Origin: a virus
DNA: 64,000 nt
Reading direction: 5' to 3' (one strand)
IMG/VR virus record: IMGVR_UViG_3300025168_000032
Location: 64,001 to 128,000 of that record
Part shown: in pieces, positions 26,443-37,195 of the stretch
How the letters are laid out: every line of letters begins with the position of its first letter
How positions within the stretch are numbered: position 1 is the stretch's first letter
Made by a program: the position numbers and the translations under genes
Notes under the pieces: model-generated
Database searches by the model: none
What the model was told of the DNA's origin: nothing
Seen by the model: only the letters and a program-made list of their open reading frames with translations

Positions 26443-27927
26443 ATGGCTTATAAATTTCAATTAGGGGATGCTCGCTTGAGTGGTTCCCTTATACAGGAGG
26501 GGTCGATCCAGTCATCTGGGGGGATCACACCTCTGAATGCTGATGGGGCTGCTCTTGGTAGTGCTACAAAAGAATGGGCAGATTTATATCTTGCCGATGG
26601 TGGACGGATTTTGTTTGGTAATGAACAAGATACTTGGATCACACAAACAGGCGGTGGCTTTAGAATCGAAGGTGGTTCTGAAACTAGCGGGCAACCTGTA
26701 TTATCTTTGGTAAACAGAGGTGATTTTGGTTCAGGGCCGGGTCTTAACCTTGTTATTGATAATGGTGCTGGTGAAAGTGATGGAGACATCATGGGGTTTC
26801 TTAACTTCTACGGTGACGATTCATCTGATGCACAAGTACAGTATGCTAGACTTGAAGTTCAATCTGTTGATGTTTCAAATGGAACAGAAGATGGAGCCTT
26901 CTTTTTTAATGCAATCGTTGGTGGTAGCGGAAATACCACTTTGTTAGACATCAATAGCACTATTTCTGGTGGTGTTGCTGTTGCAAACGATCTTGAAGTT
27001 GGGGATGACCTCTTCTTGAAGTCTGATGATTCTGCTATTCATTTCGGCGCAGATAGCGAGATCCGTATGGATCATCGACCTGATGCTGGTATTCGTATTG
27101 AACAGACAGGAACTGGCACTGCTTTGCCTTCTTTTTCTTTGGTAAATCGTGGTAACAACGCCAATGGCCCGATCATAAATATTGTTCAGGTCCAAGGGGA
27201 CGGCGAAGCTAGCGATAATGATGTTCTCGGGGCTTTACAGTTTTTTGGTCAGAATGTTAAGGCTGGTACTGATGAGCAGGTCAAATATGGAAAGATAGAG
27301 GTTCTCTCCAAGGATGTAACTGATGGTACTGAAGATGGGGGGATACGTTTTACTGCCTTTGTTGCAGGATCTGAAACCCAGATTATGGATATCAATGATA
27401 GCCTTGCTGGTGGTGTTCATGTTGCAAATGGCTTAAACATACAGGGTCATAATGGTTCTTCTGATGGTCTACGCTTAGGAGGAACTTTGGTTTCTGCTAC
27501 TGCTGCTGAATTTAATCTTCTTGACGGGGGAACCGCTGTTGGTTCTTCAATTGCGTTGGCAGATTCTGACGGTATTATTGTTGATGATGGTGGAGTAATG
27601 AAGAAAATTCCTGCTTCTGATATCAAAACGTTTCTTGCTGACAACAGCATGAACGTGGCTCTTAAAGATGATGGCAACACCCTTGTTAACGGTATCAATT
27701 ATTTTGCAGATCTTGACGGAAATGAAGCGGCAAATCTTCCAGCGTCTCCTGACGTTGGCGATACTGTTTATGTTAAGGCTCCAAACAACTGCTCTTCTTC
27801 TAGCACACTGACAATAAACAAGCAGGGGTCTCATACAATCGATGGTTTAACCTCGATTATTCTTGAATCTCCAAATGCTGCTGTTATGTTGGTATATGTT
27901 ACTACAAACACATGGAAAGTATTCTAG
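26443..27927 (+). CDS. Fibre-like structural protein, paralog of 24466
   Basis: First 23 nt identical to 24466 (atggcttataaatttcaattagg); LPASP...KAP...TIDG...ILESP C-terminus. Confidence 0.75.
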   Translation: MAYKFQLGDARLSGSLIQEGSIQSSGGITPLNADGAALGSATKEWADLYLADGGRILFGNEQDTWITQTGGGFRIEGGSETSGQPVLSLVNRGDFGSGPGLNLVIDNGAGESDGDIMGFLNFYGDDSSDAQVQYARLEVQSVDVSNGTEDGAFFFNAIVGGSGNTTLLDINSTISGGVAVANDLEVGDDLFLKSDDSAIHFGADSEIRMDHRPDAGIRIEQTGTGTALPSFSLVNRGNNANGPIINIVQVQGDGEASDNDVLGALQFFGQNVKAGTDEQVKYGKIEVLSKDVTDGTEDGGIRFTAFVAGSETQIMDINDSLAGGVHVANGLNIQGHNGSSDGLRLGGTLVSATAAEFNLLDGGTAVGSSIALADSDGIIVDDGGVMKKIPASDIKTFLADNSMNVALKDDGNTLVNGINYFADLDGNEAANLPASPDVGDTVYVKAPNNCSSSSTLTINKQGSHTIDGLTSIILESPNAAVMLVYVTTNTWKVF

Positions 27928-27957
27928 TCACAAAATAGTTTACATATATGTATTTGT

Positions 27958-27989
27958 GGCGGGTTCCCTTTTGGGTTCCCGCCCTTTTT
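27958..27989 (+). terminator. Intrinsic terminator
   Basis: ggcggg...cccgcc stem + T tract. Confidence 0.65.
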
Positions 27990-28030
27990 CGTTTTGAAAT
28001 CTACTTATGTACAAAAGAAGAGGATTCTAA

Positions 28031-29485
28031 ATGTCATATAATATTCTTAATAAAAACGTCAATTTCCAAGGAGACACGTCTGGTAGCATAGAAAACATGG
28101 TCGACACCCACAGTAGCCAATCAATAACTGGTAGTAAAGACTTTCTTTCGTTATCCGCATCAGTTGGTAGAGTTGCCAACGATTTAACAGTATTGGGAAA
28201 TGTCAGTGCCTCTGTCAACATATCGGCTTCTTTCTTTTACGGAGATGGTAGCACTCTTGATAATGTCGGTAATATTAGTTTTGACGGCTCTACAGCAAAT
28301 GGCGTGTTAACATTTAAAGATGCAGATGAAGCAACGGTCGAATCCAACTTGACATTCGATGGTTCCACGCTAGATTTTAAAGGTAGTTCTATTTCTGGTT
28401 CTGGTAATATATCAGGTTCAGCATTTTATGGAGCAGGAACAGGGCTTTCTAGTGTTCCCGGAAGCGCAGTGGGCCTAGCTAGCGGCGGTGGTCTTGCTGA
28501 CTCTAGTGGCTTGACTCTATCAACTTCGGGAGTCACAGCCCAAAATTCACCGGGCGGATCTTCTAAAGTCTGGATTGATGAGAGCGGTGTCAAATATGCT
28601 ACTATTACTAACATACTGTCTAATAACGCTGCTGTTACTGCTTATGGAACTCAGGGTGCTAGCAAAGTGTTGATAGGAGCAGGGGGAACAGAAATAGCAG
28701 GAGCAGGAAATTTAAATTTCTTTGGAGGAAACTCTTTAGCAATCACTGGTGCCCTGTCGGCCTCGACAAACCTTCAAATTGGAGGCACAGTTCGCCTAGA
28801 TGGTGTTGCGGCTGCTTCTCCTGCCATAGGGGCTGATTCTGTTTACTTTTTAGACGCAGACGACTCTATCACTAAAAAGGTAACGTTCGCCAATTTTGCA
28901 GCCGCTATGGCCGGTGACGGACTTAATGGCACAGGTGGGGATTTTGACATTAATGTGTCCGGAGCGCTCAAAATCGCTTCAGACAAGCTTGGTATATCCG
29001 GTTCCTTTGCAGGTATTGGGTTGTCTTATAGTGGGTCTGTTGACGCTGTTGGTGGTGTTGCTCTAGATCTTAGTGAATTGACTGACGCCAACATGACATT
29101 GGCTAATGACCATATCACATTTTTGAAAAATTCTGATAGCACCACCAAAAGAGAGCAATGGGCAGATGTAGTTAGTAACATGGCAGGCACAGGCCTAACA
29201 GCAACCAACGGAACTCTTTCTGTATCCGGTGAAGCAATAACAGCTACAACCGTTTCTGCTTCTTCAACATTGCAAGCAGGATCAATTGAAACATCCGGCT
29301 CCTTACTTGCACATGGGTCGATATCTGGGATGGTTTTAAGCAATAACACAATTATTTCTAACGTATTAACTGTTCCTGCTAATAACAATTCTATTTTATA
29401 TGGACCGATAACAGTAAGCGCCAATGGTAGTTTTACCATAGCAGATACAGCGAAGGTAAAAATAAAAGATTTTGATGATGTGTAA
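28031..29485 (+). CDS. Fibre-like structural protein
   Basis: MSYNIL start resembles 22741 (MGYNVL); S/G/A-rich; FDGSTL..G...ISGS modules. Confidence 0.7.
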   Translation: MSYNILNKNVNFQGDTSGSIENMVDTHSSQSITGSKDFLSLSASVGRVANDLTVLGNVSASVNISASFFYGDGSTLDNVGNISFDGSTANGVLTFKDADEATVESNLTFDGSTLDFKGSSISGSGNISGSAFYGAGTGLSSVPGSAVGLASGGGLADSSGLTLSTSGVTAQNSPGGSSKVWIDESGVKYATITNILSNNAAVTAYGTQGASKVLIGAGGTEIAGAGNLNFFGGNSLAITGALSASTNLQIGGTVRLDGVAAASPAIGADSVYFLDADDSITKKVTFANFAAAMAGDGLNGTGGDFDINVSGALKIASDKLGISGSFAGIGLSYSGSVDAVGGVALDLSELTDANMTLANDHITFLKNSDSTTKREQWADVVSNMAGTGLTATNGTLSVSGEAITATTVSASSTLQAGSIETSGSLLAHGSISGMVLSNNTIISNVLTVPANNNSILYGPITVSANGSFTIADTAKVKIKDFDDV

Positions 29486-29568
29486 ATTTATAAAATTATA
29501 ATCCATAATAAAACAAAAAGACTATTTATCTGTAGTTAACAGCAACAAATTAAAGGAAAAGAAAACAT

Positions 29569-32469
29569 ATGAGTAACTTATACGTAAACAATATTAGTCC
29601 AGCAACAGGAAATACTGTAACGGTTTCTGGCTCGCAGGGCTTGATAGTCTCTGGTTCAGCCATAATAACAGGTGACTTAACCGTTACTGGTACTTTTGAT
29701 GCCAATGTATTAGATTTCAAGGTCACAGCAAACACAATGACTTTTGGAGATGCCGCATCAGACACTCTGACGTTTAACGCAGCAACAGCATCAGTTGCTA
29801 ATGGTTTAAATTTTGATTCCAACACATTAGTAATAGATTCCGCGAATAACCGAATAGGTATTGGCGCACAACACCCAGCAACGAAACTTCATGTCTCTGG
29901 TAATGTTACAGTCGAAGGAGCAGAAGGCGGAGCAGCTACAATATTACTAAAAGCGGATCAAAGCGACGACGCAGGGGATGATTGGACGGTTGTTGCAAAT
30001 GCTGACCATACTTTTACAATTGGAAACGATATTGCATCTGCTGGTTCTTCTGTCGCTCATGTGACTATAACTCCCAACAGTACTGTTACAAATTCGGTAA
30101 CTGCTTTGGCTGGTAAATTGAAAGTTGGCGGAAATGTAATTCAAGCATCTGACGGTGGCGCTACAATGACACTCGACACTAATGATAATGTTACATTTGC
30201 TGGTGGTATTATTGGGACAACTTTTTCTGGTTCTAGCACACTACATTCAGTAGGTGCTGCAACATTCGGCTCAACTATCGCATCTACAGGATCGATTACA
30301 GCAGGTGGTGGAGTTCTTTCAACAACTATTTCTGGTTCTGGTGCGTTAAACATTGTTGGAGCAGCCAACTTCGGTCCCGGAAATGCCACAGTAATTGCAG
30401 CAGACGGGGGTTTAACAATTGATCATTTCGATGCCAACTGGACCAATGCTGGTAATACTGTAGCAAACCTTGGTACTGTGACCACAGTAGATATTAATGG
30501 AGGCTCTGTTGACGGAGCTACTATCGGTGCTGCTGCCCAGTCAACAATTAAAGCCACAACTTTTTCTGGTTCTAGCACATTACATTCAGTAGGTGCTGCA
30601 ACATTCGGTTCTACCATTGCATCTACAGGATCTGTTACTGCTGGTGGTTTGCTGACTACGACTTTTTCTGGTTCTAGCACATTACAATCAGTTGGGGCCG
30701 CTGTATTTGGTGGCGCTCTAAACGTTAGTGGCGCTGTAACAGTTGGTGTTAATGATGTAGGTTCTGATGTCAGGATATTCAGTGCCACTAATAACGAAGG
30801 TGTACTTTATGATGCTTCTGAGGACGAGCTAGCTTTGTTGTTAACAACCAAGCTGAAATTTCATGATGTTGGTGGAGGGGAAGAAATCTTTGCTTCTTCG
30901 AACGGACACTTGGAAGTCAATTCTGGTACAACTCTGGATATGACTGCGCCCACTATTGATATCAATGCATCAACCGCTGTTACTATTGACGGACCAGCGG
31001 TAACTATTGCTGATAGTGCCGAAGGCAAACCAGTATTGACTTTGAAAACTACTCACACAACTGAAGGTTCATCTGGAGAATTACAATTCTTAAAAGATGC
31101 TGCCGATACGGAGGACGGCGAAGTCCTCGGTCAGATCACATTCTACGGAGAAGACGAAGGAAACAACAATACAATGTTTGCCAAAATTGTGGCTCAAATT
31201 TCTGAATCTGATGAGACCGATGAGGCTGGGAAATTATCATTCTTTGTTGCTGAGAGTGATGGAACTAACACAGCCCTTACAGCAGGGCTAGTACTGGAAG
31301 GTGAGCATGCTACTGACGGAGAAATTGATGTAACAATCGCTGCTGGGGCGAGTTCGACCACAACGGTCGCTGGGAGTATTCAAGTTACTACCGGCATTGA
31401 GCTTGGGCATGCTAGTGACACAACCATCACTCGTACAGGGTCTGGTGCTATTGCTGTTGAAGGTACAGCAGTTCTACTCGCTGGTGCTCAGACAGCAATT
31501 ACAACTGACTTTAATGCTGGAAGGAAAGTTGGTAGAGATGCCCACAATTTAATTGATTTTTCAACAGACGACAAGGTTACATTTAGAGTGGCCAATGTTG
31601 ACGAGATCGCACTAGAGGCAAATGAGTTTTCCCCAACTACCAATGACGGAATCGCTTTGGGTTCCAGCTCTAAAGGCTGGTCCGATTTGTTTCTTGCCGA
31701 TGCAGGAACCATTCAATTCGGTAATGATCAAGATATTACCCTGACGCATATACCTGATTCAGGGCTGGTTCTTGCGTCTACAGGATCTACATTTCCGTTG
31801 CTTCAGCTTAAGAATACTACTAATGATACAAACGGAGCTAGACTTCGGTTTGTCAAAGATAAAGGAGCAGCCGGTGCAGATAATGATGAGATTGGGATTA
31901 TTGAGTTTTATGGCGATGACGATAACCAAGATCAAGTTCTTTTTGCTGCAATTCAGGCTAGAGTCGCAGATGCGAGTAACTCCGAAGAAGGCGGCCAAAT
32001 AAGATTAGGGGTCGCAGCACATGACGGCGAACTTAATTACGGCTTAACCTTAACTGACGGTGATTCTGAAGACGAAATTGATGTAGAAATCGGAAAGAAA
32101 TCTGGCTCTATGACCACTATCAAGGGTAGTCTGACTGTGACATCAACAACTGTATATACTCCGCTTAGTACTCACAACTTTACAGGTAATGATACAGGCG
32201 CAGCTATACCAATAACAGCTACATATGTAAGAATAGATGCTGCTGGATCTAGCCGAACCGGTATGAGATTCGGTGGAGCCGGCACAGCAGGGCAATTTTT
32301 AATTGTTGAAAACGCTGGTGGAGAGAATGTGACTTTTCACGCAACAGGTGGTACCGCTTTAACAGCAACAAACACTGATAATGATACAATCATGCCGGGC
32401 GAAATAGTAACTTTTGTTAGTAATGGAAGCGCTTGGTTCTTGACTGGTGGAGATTTACAGGCTGGATAA
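29569..32469 (+). CDS. Large fibre-like structural protein with internal repeats
   Basis: 966 aa; TTFSGSSTL.SVGAA repeats at 30217, 30556 and 30658; DG.ALGS..K.W.DL.LAD and FYG.D modules shared with 26443. Confidence 0.75.
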   Translation: MSNLYVNNISPATGNTVTVSGSQGLIVSGSAIITGDLTVTGTFDANVLDFKVTANTMTFGDAASDTLTFNAATASVANGLNFDSNTLVIDSANNRIGIGAQHPATKLHVSGNVTVEGAEGGAATILLKADQSDDAGDDWTVVANADHTFTIGNDIASAGSSVAHVTITPNSTVTNSVTALAGKLKVGGNVIQASDGGATMTLDTNDNVTFAGGIIGTTFSGSSTLHSVGAATFGSTIASTGSITAGGGVLSTTISGSGALNIVGAANFGPGNATVIAADGGLTIDHFDANWTNAGNTVANLGTVTTVDINGGSVDGATIGAAAQSTIKATTFSGSSTLHSVGAATFGSTIASTGSVTAGGLLTTTFSGSSTLQSVGAAVFGGALNVSGAVTVGVNDVGSDVRIFSATNNEGVLYDASEDELALLLTTKLKFHDVGGGEEIFASSNGHLEVNSGTTLDMTAPTIDINASTAVTIDGPAVTIADSAEGKPVLTLKTTHTTEGSSGELQFLKDAADTEDGEVLGQITFYGEDEGNNNTMFAKIVAQISESDETDEAGKLSFFVAESDGTNTALTAGLVLEGEHATDGEIDVTIAAGASSTTTVAGSIQVTTGIELGHASDTTITRTGSGAIAVEGTAVLLAGAQTAITTDFNAGRKVGRDAHNLIDFSTDDKVTFRVANVDEIALEANEFSPTTNDGIALGSSSKGWSDLFLADAGTIQFGNDQDITLTHIPDSGLVLASTGSTFPLLQLKNTTNDTNGARLRFVKDKGAAGADNDEIGIIEFYGDDDNQDQVLFAAIQARVADASNSEEGGQIRLGVAAHDGELNYGLTLTDGDSEDEIDVEIGKKSGSMTTIKGSLTVTSTTVYTPLSTHNFTGNDTGAAIPITATYVRIDAAGSSRTGMRFGGAGTAGQFLIVENAGGENVTFHATGGTALTATNTDNDTIMPGEIVTFVSNGSAWFLTGGDLQAG

Positions 32470-32552
32470 TATCCCTGTAGGCCATAAACTCGTCCTTTTC
32501 TTGTTATTAACACTATTTACATTTGATAATAGTATTATTAGGAGAAAACTTA

Positions 32553-33764
32553 ATGTCTTCAATGTTAGAACAAGCGATAGTTGATGCCGCAGCGCTTAGA
32601 GAAGCGGCCCTCAAAAATGCCGAACAATCAATAATTGATAAATATGCCCCTGAAATCAAAGCAGCCGTTGATTCACTTCTGGAAAATGACCAGAGAAGCT
32701 TCAACCTAGGTGACGTTGTTAGGCATGAGGGTAGGTTTGCTAGAGTTACAACTGAAAGTGATAATGGCAAAATAGGAATTGCACTTGTGGGCGAAGATAA
32801 AACACATCTGGTCATGGAATCAGAGCTTGAAGAGTCAAGCGAAGTTGATATCCTACAAGAGGAAGAGGGTGCCCTTGGCGGTGGAGTCGAAGCTGCTGTC
32901 CCAAGCCCATACCAAGCACCGTCAGCCTATGCTGATTTGAGTCCTGATCAATCTGTAGATGTAAATATGACTTTCGAGTTTGATCCTGCCATGTTTAGCG
33001 TGGACCTCGAAGATTTAGAAGATTCTGAGACCCAAAAAGAGACGGGTGACATCCTTGGTGGAGAGGCAGATGCTGCTCCCTTGGGTGACGAAGAAGACCT
33101 CTTAGGAGACCTTGGCGATTTAGGGGGTGATCTATCTGCCGAAGGCCCAGAGGAAGACGAGCTTGCACTTCAAGAAATCATGAATATATTGAATGAGATT
33201 GGTGATGATCAAGTTTTAGAAGAAGAGCTTGTTGTTGATATGGCCGGAGAACACAAAAACGGCACGTTCGAAACGAGCGAAGCTACTTTAGGCTATAACA
33301 AAGAAATGGAATTAGCCAGAATGGAAGCAGACTCACACAAAGAAGAGAACGAGCTTTTGCAAAAAAGATTAGAAGAACTCGACGAATCTCTTAATAAGTC
33401 TCAGAACCAAACAAAAGAATTTAAAAACATTATTGAAAAGATGGAAGAGGTTCTAAGTGAAACTCTCCTATCAAATGCTAAATTGCTTTATAGCAATCAA
33501 ACATTAGGCGATGCCTCCTTGAATGAGCGACAAAAACGAAAGATTGTTGAAGCCATCGCTACGGCAAGTACACCAGATGACGCAAAGACTATGCAAGAGA
33601 CTCTTAGGGCGACAGTGGGTTCCACGAAAAGAAGTGGACCAAAATCACTGAGCGAGTCAGTGCAGCGTAGATCTAATTTATCAGGCATACTGCCACGAAA
33701 AAAGAAACCAAGCCAAGAACTTTCATTTGCAGAGCGAATGAGAAAATTGGCTGGTATTAAATAG
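32553..33764 (+). CDS. Prohead scaffolding/core protein (gp22-like)
   Basis: Very acidic coiled coil directly before the MCP; MSSMLEQAIVDA, LSNAKLLY; AGGAG RBS. Confidence 0.75.
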   Translation: MSSMLEQAIVDAAALREAALKNAEQSIIDKYAPEIKAAVDSLLENDQRSFNLGDVVRHEGRFARVTTESDNGKIGIALVGEDKTHLVMESELEESSEVDILQEEEGALGGGVEAAVPSPYQAPSAYADLSPDQSVDVNMTFEFDPAMFSVDLEDLEDSETQKETGDILGGEADAAPLGDEEDLLGDLGDLGGDLSAEGPEEDELALQEIMNILNEIGDDQVLEEELVVDMAGEHKNGTFETSEATLGYNKEMELARMEADSHKEENELLQKRLEELDESLNKSQNQTKEFKNIIEKMEEVLSETLLSNAKLLYSNQTLGDASLNERQKRKIVEAIATASTPDDAKTMQETLRATVGSTKRSGPKSLSESVQRRSNLSGILPRKKKPSQELSFAERMRKLAGIK

Positions 33765-33787
33765 AACATACTGTAGGAGGTATTAAA

Positions 33788-35602
33788 ATGTCTATTGTTC
33801 AGAAATTAACTGAAGGCATCATAAACCGTGACATGAAAGCAGAAGGGCAAGCTCTTTTGAATAAATGGCAACAAACTGGTTTACTTGAAGGCCTTAAAAC
33901 AGAGCGCTCTCAGCATAATATGGCTAGATTGCTCGAAAACCAAGCTAAAGAACTTCTTCGTGAAGCTTCTTCAATGGGTGCTGGTGACGTCGAAGGTTTC
34001 GCCGCTGTCGCATTCCCAATTGTTCGTCGTGTATTCGCCGGACTTATCGCTAATGAGCTTGTTAGCGTTCAACCAATGAGTCTACCTAGTGGACTTATTT
34101 TCTTCCTTGATTTTGCTTTTGGTGATGAAGAAGGCGGCTCTGCTGTCTCTGGTGATCGTCTTGGTAATACTCAAGGTGGTACCGCTTCCATTTACGGTAC
34201 TGATGCTCTTGCTAGTGCAGTTGTTGACGGTGTTAATATTGTCGATGCCACAACCAAGGCCGACCAATCAGGCCCTCGTGGAATGACTGGTTATGCTTAT
34301 TCTTCTCCAAGTGGAAGTAATAATGCCGCATTGACTGATGGTGCTGGTGGCATGGATATGAAAGCAGCTTTTGTTCTTGATGGTTCCGTATCTGAAGCTA
34401 ATAAAAAACTTATTCAGTACGATCCAGATCTTCTTTCTATCACAGATAGTAGCCAAGGTATTGTTGTTATTGATATTGAAGAAGAAGAAATTAGTGCTAA
34501 AGTTAGCGAAGGCGACCCTGATTTTGATAACCTTTCTGGTTTTGTTTTGATCGCTGCTTCTGCTCAATCCTATTCTGACGCTCTCGGTTCTACACCTACT
34601 CAAATTCGTCGTTTGACTTCTTTAGCTTCTGCTGCTGATGCTGCGACCACTTTGAAAGCTGTTCGTCTTGTCTTTATTGCTGCAACTGTAACTGCTGCCG
34701 ATTTGGCCAGTACTACCGCAGTTATTGCAAACAGATTGATTTTCCCTGTGAAAGATCAAATTGATCCAGCCACTGCTGTTGGTGGAGTTGTTGGTGATCT
34801 TTATGAACTTGAAAAGAATGCTAACATTCCAGAGATCGACATCAAGGTCGATTCAATCGCGATCACCGCTCAAACCAAGAAGCTTAAAGCTAAATGGACT
34901 CCTGAGCTTGGTCAAGATTTGAATGCTTATCACAACCTTGATGCTGAAGTTGAATTGACTTCTATTCTTTCTGAGCAAATCGCTCTTGAAATTGACCGTG
35001 AGATCCTTGCTGATCTTGTAAACGGTGCAACTGCTGGTAGATTCTACTGGTCTCGTTCACCCGGTCTTTTCGTTAACCGCCAAACTGGTGCTGAGCAAGG
35101 TGCTAGCTCTGCTGCTCCTGACTTCACCGGAACTGTTAGCGAATGGTATGAAACTCTTATTGAAACCATCAATGATGTTTCTGCTCAAATTCACAGAAAG
35201 ACACTTCGTGGTGGAGCTAACTTTGTAGTTTGTTCTCCTGAAGTTGCTAACATTCTTGAGTTTACTGCTGGATTCCGTGCTAACGTTACTGCTGACGCTG
35301 ATAAAGGCGACATCGGTGCTGTTAAGACTGGTTCTTTGAGCCGTAAATTCGACGTTATGGTTGATCCTTACTTCCCCCGTAATGTTGTTCTTGTCGGTCG
35401 TCGTGGTAACTCTTTCCTTGAAAGCGGTTATGTATATGCACCTTATGTGCCTCTACAAACCACACCTACCATCTTCGGTGTAGAGGACTTCGTTCCTCGT
35501 AAAGGAGTAATGACTCGTTACGCTAAGAAAATGGTTCGTCCTGATATGTACGGTATTGTTATCGTTCGTGGTCTCCTTGGTGAAGCTGGTGCAACTAGCT
35601 AA
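33788..35602 (+). CDS. gp23: Major capsid protein (gp23-like, with insertion)
   Basis: LVSVQPMSLPSGLIFFLDF, KKLKAKWTPELGQDLNAYH, LEIDREI, GYVYAPYVPL, GVMTRYA. Confidence 0.96.
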   Translation: MSIVQKLTEGIINRDMKAEGQALLNKWQQTGLLEGLKTERSQHNMARLLENQAKELLREASSMGAGDVEGFAAVAFPIVRRVFAGLIANELVSVQPMSLPSGLIFFLDFAFGDEEGGSAVSGDRLGNTQGGTASIYGTDALASAVVDGVNIVDATTKADQSGPRGMTGYAYSSPSGSNNAALTDGAGGMDMKAAFVLDGSVSEANKKLIQYDPDLLSITDSSQGIVVIDIEEEEISAKVSEGDPDFDNLSGFVLIAASAQSYSDALGSTPTQIRRLTSLASAADAATTLKAVRLVFIAATVTAADLASTTAVIANRLIFPVKDQIDPATAVGGVVGDLYELEKNANIPEIDIKVDSIAITAQTKKLKAKWTPELGQDLNAYHNLDAEVELTSILSEQIALEIDREILADLVNGATAGRFYWSRSPGLFVNRQTGAEQGASSAAPDFTGTVSEWYETLIETINDVSAQIHRKTLRGGANFVVCSPEVANILEFTAGFRANVTADADKGDIGAVKTGSLSRKFDVMVDPYFPRNVVLVGRRGNSFLESGYVYAPYVPLQTTPTIFGVEDFVPRKGVMTRYAKKMVRPDMYGIVIVRGLLGEAGATS

Positions 35603-35628
35603 ATCATAGAAACCTTATAGGTTAAACT

Positions 35629-35667
35629 AGACCCCCCTTCCTTTGTTGGTCGGGGGGTTTATTTTTT
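35629..35667 (+). terminator. Intrinsic terminator after MCP
   Basis: agacccccc/ggggggttt stem + T tract. Confidence 0.75.
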
Positions 35668-35792
35668 GTAAACTATTTACCTGTGAATGAGAATATCGTT
35701 CATCCATTGTTATCGGGCAGGCTTGACTTGCCTCCTATTATCGCTGAAATAAACCGATAAAGGAACATGATTATAAAAGGAGGGTTTTTAAC

Positions 35793-36572
35793 ATGGGAAC
35801 AAAAAGAATAGGTCTCGCTAGAATCGAGGCCCTAATTGAAAATTTAAAAAGAGATTTGAATCTCGGAGATGGGGCAAAATTGAATGGAATTTCAATTGAC
35901 CAAGACGTGCCTTTTGAATTACAAGGGCTGGCACACCCATGGACTCTAAATTTTGGAGGAGACCAAATCGCAGGTCTAGCCACAGCACCTACGACAGCAA
36001 ACGTATTGACTGAGCCAATCGTAGCTTTAAAATGTTCTAGGGTTCTAGAAAATATAGCTTCGGCAACTGATGTTCCGTCAGCCGCCATCGCTGCTAAAGT
36101 ATTTGGTGGAACCGGTGTTTTGGGAGTTGATGTCGCAATTGGAACCACCGGTACTCCCGGACAGACACCAATGGTTGATCAAAGAATTTCTAGACTAACT
36201 GGTAATGTTTCCGGAACTGTTGTGATGACAAATGCCGCTGATATGGCCGCTGAAGACACCGAGACTTTGATATTATTCACAGGAAATACATTCGCTTCAA
36301 GCGGTATTTTAAAGTTGGGCCTTCATGATGATCGAGCACTCGATGCAGAATCATGTGAGGTTTTTGTTACTGCTGACGGAACTGACGCTATGAGCCGTGT
36401 TACCGTGGCCGATGATGACGACACCCTGATCATTCTTACTGATACTGGTGACTGTACAATTCTCGCAGGTTCTTACTTGTACTTCCATTCTCACCATGCT
36501 ACTGATGTAACAGCGGTTAAAGGCTGTATTCGCACAACTGGTGGAACTATTGCTGTGACTTTCGCTGCTTAA
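35793..36572 (+). CDS. Hypothetical virion protein
   Basis: 259 aa; GGAGG RBS; follows MCP. Confidence 0.7.
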   Translation: MGTKRIGLARIEALIENLKRDLNLGDGAKLNGISIDQDVPFELQGLAHPWTLNFGGDQIAGLATAPTTANVLTEPIVALKCSRVLENIASATDVPSAAIAAKVFGGTGVLGVDVAIGTTGTPGQTPMVDQRISRLTGNVSGTVVMTNAADMAAEDTETLILFTGNTFASSGILKLGLHDDRALDAESCEVFVTADGTDAMSRVTVADDDDTLIILTDTGDCTILAGSYLYFHSHHATDVTAVKGCIRTTGGTIAVTFAA

Positions 36573-36594
36573 GAATAGTTAAGGTATTATATTT

Positions 36595-36628
36595 AAGCCC
36601 CCTTTCTTCGGATTGGGGGTTTTTTATT
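36595..36628 (+). terminator. Intrinsic terminator
   Basis: aagccccc/gggggttt stem + T tract. Confidence 0.7.
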
Positions 36629-36709
36629 TGAAAATCCAAGATCCCAAAATTTATTTCCGGGCCAATTTTCAGATTTTAAACTAATTATACCGAACCATAG
36701 GAGTTAAAA

Positions 36710-37159
36710 ATGGGAAACAGAAGAAGAAAGATGGTAAAAAGAAAATTTCAAGCATTGCCATGGAATAGGTACAACAGAACACGTAACACAGAAGAACTAC
36801 CAGAGCAAAAGGTCAACAAGATCGTTGAAGATAATTCTGTCATGCTGGAGAAGATGAACAACGTCTCAAGTATTTGTGACAATCTTTTACAAACCTTTTA
36901 TACAATGGCGGAAAACGACGAGATCGATTTTGAAGAAGAGGTTGAAGTCCACGTGCCAATGATTAAGGCAACACAGTTAGCTCCACAAACCAAGACCGCC
37001 CAACTAGCACCAGAGGTCAAAGAAAAGACAGTAAAATTACCCAACTTTAAGAGAATGACAAAGAAAAAGTTGATTGAATTTGCAAAAGCCAATGGCGTCA
37101 AAGTCTCTACTTTTATGAACAAGGCAAACATTATCAAAGCCATTGAAGCCAAACAATAG
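36710..37159 (+). CDS. Hypothetical protein with C-terminal Rho_N/HeH-like module
   Basis: MTKKKLIEFAKANGV...MNKANIIKAI. Confidence 0.6.
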   Translation: MGNRRRKMVKRKFQALPWNRYNRTRNTEELPEQKVNKIVEDNSVMLEKMNNVSSICDNLLQTFYTMAENDEIDFEEEVEVHVPMIKATQLAPQTKTAQLAPEVKEKTVKLPNFKRMTKKKLIEFAKANGVKVSTFMNKANIIKAIEAKQ

Positions 37160-37195
37160 ATATAAGACTATTTACATTGATTGGAGGTTTCATGA

